NCBI GenBank assembly: GCA_947628365.1
Contig: CANQZN010000001.1
Span: 1-62,632, forward strand
Direction: 5' to 3'
DNA: 62,632 nucleotides
Origin: an uncultured Bacilli bacterium
GTDB taxonomy: Bacteria > Bacillota_I > Bacilli_A > RF39 > UBA660
In this document: positions 18,430 through 28,628 of the stretch, one piece after another
Position numbering within the stretch: the first letter of the stretch is position 1
Layout of the letters: every line of letters starts with the position of its first letter
Notes under the pieces: model-generated
Told to the model about the DNA's origin: nothing
Databases searched by the model: none
What the model saw: only the letters and a program-made list of their open reading frames with translations
Position numbers and translations under genes: made by a program

Positions 18430-19815
18430 TTGCGGGGTGAGGTATTGAAAAAGCAAGATTTTTTTAAGCAATTTCTATCAGAGATAGCGGATTCTGTTAG
18501 TCCTGGGACTTATTCTGTATGGTTTAATGATTTAGAATTAATCAGTATGGATGATAAAGAAATCGTTATTAAAGTACCTCTACAAGCACATAAACAAATA
18601 CTTAGAACTAACTACATGAAGTTAATAGATGATATTACTTTTGCAATACTAGGTAGTAATTATGAATATAAATTCTATACGGAAGATGATTTAAACGAAT
18701 TAAAACTTAATATCGAAGAAGAAAAAAAGACAACTAAAGTTCAAAATGAAGATAATAATTTAGTAGAGTGGAACACTAATTTAAATCCAAATTTAAATTT
18801 TGATAATTATGTTGTTGGTGAGTCTAATCGTTTAGCGTTTATTTCAGCCATGAATGTTGCTCAATCACCAGGTACTATTAGAAATCCACTTTTTATCTAT
18901 GGAAGAAGTGGTATTGGTAAAACTCATTTAATGCACGCAATTGGTAATTATATTACTCAAAATTCAAATAAAAAAGTTTTATATACAACAAGTAATGATT
19001 TTAAAGATGAATATGCAGGAATATCTAAGTTAGAAAAAGGGAAAGAAACCTTAGAATATGCCAATAATTTTAAAAATAAGTATAGAAATGTCGATGTCTT
19101 AATTGTTGATGATATTCAGTTTCTAGTTGGAGCAGACTTAACTCAACAAGAATTCTTCTATACATTTGAGGCATTACATCAACAAAATAAACAAATAATT
19201 ATTTCAAGTGATCGGAGCCCAGATGATCTTAAAAAGATAGAAGAGAGACTTAGAAGTAGATTCAAATGGGGACTTCCAGTTGATATTTATCCACCAGATT
19301 TTGAACTTAGGTGTGAAATAATTAAACAAAAATTACAGAAAACTAGTATTAAAGATAAAGTAAATAGAGATATCATAGAATATATAGCTAATGCTTGTCC
19401 AAATGATGTTAGACATATTGAAGGGACAATTAATAGACTTCTAGCTTATACAGCCATGATGGCTCCGAAAGTTATAACATTAGATTTTGTTATTGAAGGT
19501 ATTAAAGATTATGTTAATACCAATATTTATCAAGAAAATACGATTTCCCATATTCAAAAAGTAGTTGCAGATTATTTTAAGATAACTGTGGAAGATTTAA
19601 AAAGTAAAAAGAGAAGTAATAATATAGCAAGGCCTAGACATATTGCTATGTATCTGTGTAGAACAGAAACTGAAGAGAATCTAGCAAAGATAGGCTTTGA
19701 GTTTGGTGGTAAAGATCACTCAACAGTAATTGCTAGTTGTGAAAAAATTAAAGAAGAATTAAAAGATAATGCCACTCTTAATAATTTGTTAAAAGAAATA
19801 AAATCAAAGTTATAA
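18430..19815 (+). CDS. dnaA: Chromosomal replication initiator protein DnaA
   Basis: AAA+ motifs GRSGIGKTHL and LIVDDIQF, C-terminal DNA-binding domain (RPRHIAMYL...DHSTV). TTG start after GGGAGA. Confidence 0.95.
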   Translation: MRGEVLKKQDFFKQFLSEIADSVSPGTYSVWFNDLELISMDDKEIVIKVPLQAHKQILRTNYMKLIDDITFAILGSNYEYKFYTEDDLNELKLNIEEEKKTTKVQNEDNNLVEWNTNLNPNLNFDNYVVGESNRLAFISAMNVAQSPGTIRNPLFIYGRSGIGKTHLMHAIGNYITQNSNKKVLYTTSNDFKDEYAGISKLEKGKETLEYANNFKNKYRNVDVLIVDDIQFLVGADLTQQEFFYTFEALHQQNKQIIISSDRSPDDLKKIEERLRSRFKWGLPVDIYPPDFELRCEIIKQKLQKTSIKDKVNRDIIEYIANACPNDVRHIEGTINRLLAYTAMMAPKVITLDFVIEGIKDYVNTNIYQENTISHIQKVVADYFKITVEDLKSKKRSNNIARPRHIAMYLCRTETEENLAKIGFEFGGKDHSTVIASCEKIKEELKDNATLNNLLKEIKSKL

Positions 19816-19932
19816 TTTTGTGAATAAAAATACTAATATATTAAAGTAAATACTTATAAATATAAAAGTTTTCAACAATATTAACATTATAATAAAAACG
19901 ATAATAAATAAAATAGAAAGAAGGAAAGAAAA
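19816..19932. other. oriC, dnaA-dnaN intergenic part (AT-rich, candidate unwinding region)
   Basis: TGTGAATAA at 19819-19827 (reverse complement TTATTCACA, which fits TTATNCACA). TTTTCAACA at 19869-19877. The flanking sequence is extremely AT-rich. Confidence 0.5.
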
Positions 19933-21051
19933 ATGAAGTTTGTTATTGATAAGAATATTTTATTGGAGGCTCTTACTAATGTTACAAGAGCTATTGGAAC
20001 GAGAACAACTATTCCAATCCTTACAGGTATTAAATTTGATTTAACAAATGATGGTTTAAGTTTACTTGCAAGTGATTCTGAATTAACAATTAAAATAAAT
20101 ATTGAAGAGAAAGATATTAAAAAGATAGATAAATGTGGTAGTATTATAATTCAAAGTAAATATATATTAGAATTAATAAGAAAAATGCCTTCTGATATTA
20201 TTAACTTTGAAAGTGAAGAAGATGGAAAGATTAAAATTTATACCGATAATAATGAATATAATTTAAATTGTTATGATATAAATGATTATCCAAATATTTT
20301 ATTAGAAGAATCGAAAGAACCAATTGTTATTGATGCAAAAACATTAAAAGAAGTAATTAATGAAACATCTTATGCTGTATCTACGCAAGAAGTAAGACCT
20401 CTTTTAACTGGTGTCAATATCAAAATATATGGTGATACTTTAGAATGTATTGCTACTGATTCTTATCGTTTAGCTAAGAAAAATATAAAATTAAATAATC
20501 AATATAATACTAATATCAATATTGTTATACCTGGAAAAAGTATAAATGAACTTGAGAAAATGATAAATGAAGAAGATGATGTTATTATGCATATATTTAA
20601 TAACAAAATTTTATTTAAATATCATAATATTCAATTCCAAACTAATCTTTTAAGTGGAACATATCCAGATACAAGTAATTTTATTCCTAAAGATTTTGCT
20701 TATATGATTAATTTAGATTTAAATGCCTTTAATAGTGCAGTTGATAGAGCATCTCTTCTTGCTCAAAGTAAAGATAAAAATATTGTTAGAGTTTTAGTAG
20801 ATAATAAATTAATGGTTATATCATCTAGTGTTAGTGAAATAGGTAAAACTGAGGAAAAATTAAATATTGAGTGTAGTAATAAAGAAAAACTTGAAATTGC
20901 CTTTTCTTCTCGTTATATGCTTGAAGCTTTAAAAGTAATAAAAGATGATAATATATTGTTATTAATTAATAGTGATGATAAACCTATTTTAATTAAATCT
21001 GTAAAAGATGAATCATTAATTGAACTTATTTTACCTGTAAAAACATATTAA
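19933..21051 (+). CDS. dnaN: DNA polymerase III beta sliding clamp
   Basis: 372 aa, typical N-terminus MKFVIDKNILLEAL, located directly after dnaA. Confidence 0.95.
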   Translation: MKFVIDKNILLEALTNVTRAIGTRTTIPILTGIKFDLTNDGLSLLASDSELTIKINIEEKDIKKIDKCGSIIIQSKYILELIRKMPSDIINFESEEDGKIKIYTDNNEYNLNCYDINDYPNILLEESKEPIVIDAKTLKEVINETSYAVSTQEVRPLLTGVNIKIYGDTLECIATDSYRLAKKNIKLNNQYNTNINIVIPGKSINELEKMINEEDDVIMHIFNNKILFKYHNIQFQTNLLSGTYPDTSNFIPKDFAYMINLDLNAFNSAVDRASLLAQSKDKNIVRVLVDNKLMVISSSVSEIGKTEEKLNIECSNKEKLEIAFSSRYMLEALKVIKDDNILLLINSDDKPILIKSVKDESLIELILPVKTY

Positions 21052-21054
21052 AAA

Positions 21055-21070
21055 TATTTCCCGGGAAATA
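21055..21070. promoter_or_regulatory. Perfect Noc-binding-site (NBS) 16-mer TATTTCCCGGGAAATA
   Basis: Exact palindrome 4 nt after the dnaN stop. Identical to the three sites in the 27.2-27.7 kb island. Confidence 0.7.
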
Positions 21071-21095
21071 ATTCGACATATTATTTCCTTTTTTT
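21064..21095 (+). terminator. dnaN intrinsic terminator
   Basis: Stem GGAAATAAT / ATTATTTCC, 7-nt loop TCGACAT, then T7. The loop plus flank contains TTCGACA (21072-21078), the complement of the Spo0A box TGTCGAA. Confidence 0.7.
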
Positions 21096-21131
21096 GTGCT
21101 ATAGTAACTTCTAATTTCAGGAGGGAATATT

Positions 21132-21572
21132 ATGACAAACTTCATAATCAATAATGAAACTGTCGCAGTTTTAAAGAAAAATAAGAAAATTATAAAATAT
21201 AATGTTGATAACTATGAAGTTATTAACAAAAATTTAAATTCTTTTTTAGATTTTAATTGTCTTTATTATGGTAGTAGTTTAAAGGGAAGAATAAAATATG
21301 CGAAACTTATCCTTAATATTAGTTATAAATGCCCAATCTTGATATCAGAGAAAGAAAATTTAATATTAATTCCTTTAAATTCATTAAAAAATGAGGAAAC
21401 AATACTAATCATGCTTAATAAAATAAAAGATTATCAAGAAAATGGTGATATGTTATCGATTACTTGTGTTAATAATCAAGTATTTTCAGTTAAATTATCT
21501 AAATATAGTTTTGAAAAATCAATAATTAATGCCCTTAAATTAAATAATCAAATAAAATGGCTAAACTATTAA
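21132..21572 (+). CDS. ComK-family protein (competence transcription factor-like)
   Basis: By-eye alignment to remembered B. subtilis ComK. NCLYYGSSLKGR aligns with SCRFFGSSYAGR, YKCPILIS with HKPPIMVD, LILIPLNS with IFLFPTLS, and KYSFEKS with YNSFENQ. Confidence 0.6.
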   Translation: MTNFIINNETVAVLKKNKKIIKYNVDNYEVINKNLNSFLDFNCLYYGSSLKGRIKYAKLILNISYKCPILISEKENLILIPLNSLKNEETILIMLNKIKDYQENGDMLSITCVNNQVFSVKLSKYSFEKSIINALKLNNQIKWLNY

Positions 21573-21673
21573 AATTTTGTTTAAAATATCGTTATTTTAT
21601 GTTATAATTTTATTAGGTATAGGAGTACTTAAGATACCATTATATTTAATAGCGACTAAAAGAAGGCTCAATT

Positions 21674-24689
<3,016 letters not shown>

Positions 24690-24697
24690 GAGGTTTT

Positions 24698-27208
24698 ATG
24701 GATCATAGTATTGATAGATTAGAAGAAAATAATATTGTTAAAGAAATAAAAGACTCATTTATTGATTATTCATTAAGTGTTATTATTTCAAGAGCCCTTC
24801 CAGATTTAAGAGATGGATTAAAGCCAGTTCATAGAAGAATTCTTTGGTCAATGTATGAATCTGGCTATACACCAGATAAACCCCATAAAAAATCAGCTCG
24901 TATAGTTGGTGATGTTATGGGTAAATATCATCCACATGGTGATTCCAGTATTTATGAAGCAATGGTTAGGATGGCTCAAGACTTTAGTTATCGTAATACA
25001 TTAGTTGATGGTCATGGAAACTTCGGTAATATAGCTGGAGCAGGTGCTGCAGCAATGCGTTACACAGAATCAAGACTATCAAAAATTTCTCTAGAATTAT
25101 TAAGAGATATTAACAAAGATACAATTAATTTTGTGCCAAACTTTGATGAATCTGAAAAAGAACCCGAGATTTTACCTTCAAGATTTCCAAATATCTTAGT
25201 AAATGGTACAATGGGTATTGCCGTTGGTATGGCAACAAATATTCCGCCACATAATTTAGGAGAAGTAATTGATGGATGTGTTGCATACATTGATAACCCA
25301 GATATTGATACTGATGGCTTAATGCAATACATTAAAGGTCCAGATTTTCCTACTGGTGGTATAATTTTAGGCAACAGTGGTATTAAAAAAGCTTATGAAA
25401 CAGGCCGTGGAACAATAACTATTAGAAGTAAAGCAACTATTGAAGAAAAAGATGGAAAACACTACATTATTGTTGATGAAGTTCCTTATGGTGTAAATGT
25501 TTCTGACTTAAAATCAAAAGTTGCTGAACTTGTTCATAATAAGATTATTGATGGTATTGCTGATTATCATACAGATTTAAAAAATGGCGTTAAGATAACA
25601 ATTACTTTAAAAAAGGATGCCAATCCACAAGTAGTTCTTAACAATTTATATAAACATACTCAATTTCAAATGAGTTATGGTATCATTTTCTTAATGATTG
25701 ATAATCAAGTACCTCGTACTTTAGGCCTAAAAGATATTATTTCTAAATATTTAAATTTCCAAGAAGAAGTTATTATTAGAAGAACAAAATTTGAATTAGA
25801 TAAGGCTGAAAAAAGAGTTCATATATTAGAAGGTTATAAGATTGCGCTAGATAACTTAGATGATTTTATTAAAATTATTAGAGAATCTGAGACAGATATA
25901 ATTGCTAAAGAGCAATTAATGAGCAAATATGGCTTAACTGATGTTCAAGCTGATGCTATTCTTGAATTAAAACTTCGCCGTTTAACAGGTTTAGAAAGAG
26001 CTAAAATTGAAGAAGAATTAAAAGAATTATTGGCAAGAATTCAAGAATTAAGAGGAATACTTGCATCTAGAGAAAAAATTCTTGAAATAATTAAAAATGA
26101 ATTGTTAGAAATTAAAGAAAAATACGCTGATGAACGTCGTACAAAGATTGATATGACCGCTATTGAATATATTGAAGACGAATCATTAATTCCAGAAGAG
26201 GATGTTATGATTATGTTAACCAATAAAGGTTATATTAAGAGAACAACTAACGAAACATTTAAGGTTCAAAACCGCGGTGGAGTCGGGGTTAAAGGACTTA
26301 CAACTAACGATGAAGACTATGTTGAACATTTAATTAATCTTTCAACTCATGACTATATAATGTTCTTTACTAATAAAGGTAAAGTTTATAGATTAAAAGG
26401 TTATGAAGTACCAGAATTTAGTAGACATTCCAAAGGTATACCAGTTGTTAACTTATTGCAAATTGAAAAAGATGAAAAAATTAATTCAGTTATAAAAGTT
26501 AATAAAGATGATGATTATAAATATTTATTCTTTGCCACTAAGAAAGGTATAGTTAAGAAGACTAACATATCTGAATTTGAAAACATCCGTACAACTGGTA
26601 AATTATGTATAAATCTTAATGATGGTGATGAATTATTAGATGTTAAGAAGACTACTGGTGAAGACATTATTCTTTTAGGTAGTAGCAATGGTCGTATGGT
26701 TAAGTTTAAAGAATCAGAGATCAGAGCAATGGGTAGAACTGCAACTGGTGTAAGAGGAATTAACTTAGATGGTGCTAGTTGTATATGTTTTGAAGTCGTT
26801 AAAGAAGAATCAACAATAATTTTAGTAACAGAAAAAGGCTACGGCAAAAGAACAAATGTTTGTGAATTTAGACAAACAAAACGTGGTAGTAAAGGTGTTT
26901 TAGCCCTAAATGTTACTGAAAAAAATGGTAATTTAGTTGCTGTTAAAGTGGCAGAAGTTGATAAAGATATTGTTATAATGACTAATGCTGGTGTTACTAT
27001 TAAATTACCAGTCGACCAAGTTTCATTATTAGGCAGAGTTACCCAAGGTTTAAGACTTATATCATTAAGGGACAATCAATTTGTTGCTACAATATCAATT
27101 GTTGATAAAACAAATGAAGAAGAAAAAGAAACGATTGAAGCAGAAAATAAAGAAGAAGTTAACAATGAATCTTCAAATGAATCTTCTGAAAATGATAAAA
27201 TAGAGTAA
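24698..27208 (+). CDS. gyrA: DNA gyrase subunit A
   Basis: [16 protein letters not shown] (catalytic Tyr), C-terminal beta-pinwheel repeats, acidic tail. Confidence 0.97.
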   Translation: MDHSIDRLEENNIVKEIKDSFIDYSLSVIISRALPDLRDGLKPVHRRILWSMYESGYTPDKPHKKSARIVGDVMGKYHPHGDSSIYEAMVRMAQDFSYRNTLVDGHGNFGNIAGAGAAAMRYTESRLSKISLELLRDINKDTINFVPNFDESEKEPEILPSRFPNILVNGTMGIAVGMATNIPPHNLGEVIDGCVAYIDNPDIDTDGLMQYIKGPDFPTGGIILGNSGIKKAYETGRGTITIRSKATIEEKDGKHYIIVDEVPYGVNVSDLKSKVAELVHNKIIDGIADYHTDLKNGVKITITLKKDANPQVVLNNLYKHTQFQMSYGIIFLMIDNQVPRTLGLKDIISKYLNFQEEVIIRRTKFELDKAEKRVHILEGYKIALDNLDDFIKIIRESETDIIAKEQLMSKYGLTDVQADAILELKLRRLTGLERAKIEEELKELLARIQELRGILASREKILEIIKNELLEIKEKYADERRTKIDMTAIEYIEDESLIPEEDVMIMLTNKGYIKRTTNETFKVQNRGGVGVKGLTTNDEDYVEHLINLSTHDYIMFFTNKGKVYRLKGYEVPEFSRHSKGIPVVNLLQIEKDEKINSVIKVNKDDDYKYLFFATKKGIVKKTNISEFENIRTTGKLCINLNDGDELLDVKKTTGEDIILLGSSNGRMVKFKESEIRAMGRTATGVRGINLDGASCICFEVVKEESTIILVTEKGYGKRTNVCEFRQTKRGSKGVLALNVTEKNGNLVAVKVAEVDKDIVIMTNAGVTIKLPVDQVSLLGRVTQGLRLISLRDNQFVATISIVDKTNEEEKETIEAENKEEVNNESSNESSENDKIE

Positions 27209-27228
27209 TTTAAATGCTCTATTTTTTT
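27200..27228 (+). terminator. gyrA intrinsic terminator
   Basis: ATAGAG / CTCTAT stem spanning the stop codon, followed by T7. Confidence 0.5.
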
Positions 27229-27258
27229 GTTACATGAAACATAGATATAGGTCAGAAA

Positions 27259-27274
27259 TATTTCCCGGGAAATA
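27259..27274. promoter_or_regulatory. NBS-1: perfect TATTTCCCGGGAAATA inside a 34-bp perfect palindrome (27250-27283)
   Basis: Read directly: GGTCAGAAATATTTCCC|GGGAAATATTTCTGACC. Confidence 0.75.
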
Positions 27275-27435
27275 TTTCTGACCGGTAATGTATATTTTAA
27301 AAGTTCTATTTTTAACTATTTATTGCTATTATGAATAGGAATCTGTTAATTTAAATAATCTCATCGATTATTATTTAAACAAAGCACTTTTTAAACTTTT
27401 TAAAGCCAATATATTATTATTGATTTGTATTTCAA

Positions 27436-27451
27436 TGTTTCACGTGAAACA
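27436..27451. promoter_or_regulatory. parS: parS-1: perfect TGTTTCACGTGAAACA inside a 32-bp perfect palindrome (27428-27459)
   Basis: Read directly: TATTTCAATGTTTCAC|GTGAAACATTGAAATA. Matches the consensus ParB/Spo0J centromere site. Confidence 0.85.
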
Positions 27452-27475
27452 TTGAAATAAGAATAAGATCACAAT

Positions 27476-27491
27476 TATTTCCCGGGAAATA
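27476..27491. promoter_or_regulatory. NBS-2: perfect TATTTCCCGGGAAATA
   Basis: Core of a 22-bp perfect palindrome (27473-27494), 24 bp from parS-1. Confidence 0.75.
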
Positions 27492-27635
27492 ATTTGTAGG
27501 TAAAAAATTATTAAAAATTAATCTTGCAAATCATCGGTCAAAAAGCATTATAAATGATTTGGCCGGTATAAATCATTTAAAAATTAGAAAAATTAACAAT
27601 AATTTCCATGAAAAATATGTTTATATAATTCACAA

Positions 27636-27651
27636 TGTTTCACGTGAAACA
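27636..27651. promoter_or_regulatory. parS: parS-2: perfect TGTTTCACGTGAAACA (24-bp palindrome 27632-27655)
   Basis: Read directly: ACAATGTTTCACGTGAAACATTGT. Confidence 0.85.
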
Positions 27652-27664
27652 TTGTTTAAAAAAA

Positions 27665-27680
27665 TATTTCCCGGGAAATA
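27665..27680. promoter_or_regulatory. NBS-3: perfect TATTTCCCGGGAAATA inside a 30-bp palindrome (27658-27687)
   Basis: Read directly: A7-TATTTCCCGGGAAATA-T7. It lies 13 bp from parS-2. Confidence 0.75.
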
Positions 27681-27819
27681 TTTTTTTAAAGATTAATTTA
27701 ATTATTATTCATTATATGTATATTTTAACATTTATATATTTTTTATATAAATAATTACATGAATGATAATGAAAGTGCTTTTTATAGCCTAATAAGCCGC
27801 ATATAATTATATCTTTCAA

Positions 27820-27835
27820 TGTTTCGTGTGAAAAA
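27820..27835. promoter_or_regulatory. Degenerate parS-like site TGTTTCGTGTGAAAAA
   Basis: Three mismatches to the 16-mer. Its flanks (CTTTCAA...TTGAAAG) resemble those of parS-1. Confidence 0.4.
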
Positions 27836-27998
27836 TTGAAAGAAAAAGGATGCAAAAAATTGTGTAAATAATTAGTGGTGATAATGATAATAACTAAAAA
27901 TGCTTGTAAAACTTTTAAAAAGTATGAAATTTATATGATTTCAAATTATTTTTCTATAGAATATATTACTATAATATATCTTTAATGTATAATCACAA

Positions 27999-28014
27999 TG
28001 TTTCACGTGAAACA
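27999..28014. promoter_or_regulatory. parS: parS-3: perfect TGTTTCACGTGAAACA
   Basis: Read directly: CACAATGTTTCACGTGAAACATTA. Confidence 0.85.
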
Positions 28015-28029
28015 TTATAAATAATTAAA

Positions 28030-28058
28030 TTGAATTATAAAAAAATATATGATATTAT
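28030..28058 (+). promoter_or_regulatory. Candidate sigma-A promoter of the SRP RNA
   Basis: TTGAAT (28030-28035), a 17-nt spacer, and TATTAT (28053-28058), 6 nt before the first paired G of the RNA. Confidence 0.5.
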
Positions 28059-28064
28059 TTTTAT

Positions 28065-28135
28065 GCACAACAAATATATCGTAAACTGGTCAGAGTTGGA
28101 AGACAGCAGCCACATCGGTCCCTATTTGTGTGTGC
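28065..28135 (+). ncRNA. ffs: Small (4.5S-type) signal recognition particle RNA
   Basis: CTGGTCAGAGTTGGAAGACAGCAGCCACATCGG matches the conserved SRP domain IV (GGUCAG..GGAA tetraloop..AGCAGCCA). The ends GCACAACAAATA and TATTTGTGTGTGC pair, followed by T6. It occupies the same neighbourhood as scr (tadA-scr-dnaX) in B. subtilis. Confidence 0.75.
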
Positions 28136-28156
28136 TTTTTTATTGGAGAATTAACT

Positions 28157-28576
28157 ATGGATGAAAAAATATTAAATGAACTTTATAAAGAAACTTTAAA
28201 AGCATATAAGAGAAATGAAATACCTGTTGGTGCTATTATAATTAAAGAAGACAAGGTTATAGCAAAGGCTCATAATAATCGCCAAAATAACCACAATATT
28301 TTAGGACATGCAGAAATACAAGCAATAATAAAAGCTGAAAAGAAAATTAAAGATTGGCGATTAAATGGGTATACTATGCTTGTAAATTTAGAGCCTTGTG
28401 AATTGTGTCAAAGAGTTATAAAAGAATCTAGAATAGACAAAATATGTTATATATTAAAATCAAAAAATAATGCTAAAATAATTGCTAACTTAGAGCAAAC
28501 AAACGTATGCGAAGATTGGCAAAAGAAATTTCAACAATTAATGGATAATTTTTTTAGTAATTTACGTAAAAAATAG
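28157..28576 (+). CDS. tadA: tRNA-specific adenosine(34) deaminase
   Basis: Zinc motifs HAEIQAI and PCELC. Start moved to the ATG after TGGAGAA, because the tracked N-terminal extension overlaps the SRP RNA 3' end and terminator. Confidence 0.85.
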   Translation: MDEKILNELYKETLKAYKRNEIPVGAIIIKEDKVIAKAHNNRQNNHNILGHAEIQAIIKAEKKIKDWRLNGYTMLVNLEPCELCQRVIKESRIDKICYILKSKNNAKIIANLEQTNVCEDWQKKFQQLMDNFFSNLRKK

Positions 28577-28628
28577 TGAAAATAATGCTTTAGTCGTGAT
28601 ATAATTTCTATGAAAGGAAACTTACATC

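Noticed and set aside
27250-27283. The CCCGGG-centred palindromes as intrinsic terminators.
   Set aside because: Their stems are almost all A-T with the G/C pairs in the loop. Only one copy (27658-27687) has flanking A/T runs. gyrA already has its own hairpin plus T7 at 27200-27228. An exact match to the NBS consensus is the better explanation.
27602-27616. ATTTCCATGAAAAAT as a fourth NBS in the island.
   Set aside because: Only the left half-site matches and the centre and right half are degenerate, so I cannot distinguish it from chance in AT-rich DNA.
27229-28029. A possible CRISPR array, MITE cluster, or rRNA operon remnant in the gap after gyrA.
   Set aside because: The repeats are themselves perfect palindromes of two alternating kinds with irregular spacing, which is not a direct-repeat/spacer architecture. 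There are no terminal inverted repeats with target duplications. Nothing resembles 16S, 23S, 5S or tRNA sequence. The two motifs match known protein-binding sites (parS, NBS) exactly.
28130-28156. The N-terminal extension of tadA (MCFFIGELT) given in the ORF track.
   Set aside because: It overlaps the 3' stem and T-run of the SRP RNA and has no SD. The ATG at 28157 has one, and the deaminase domain is complete from there.
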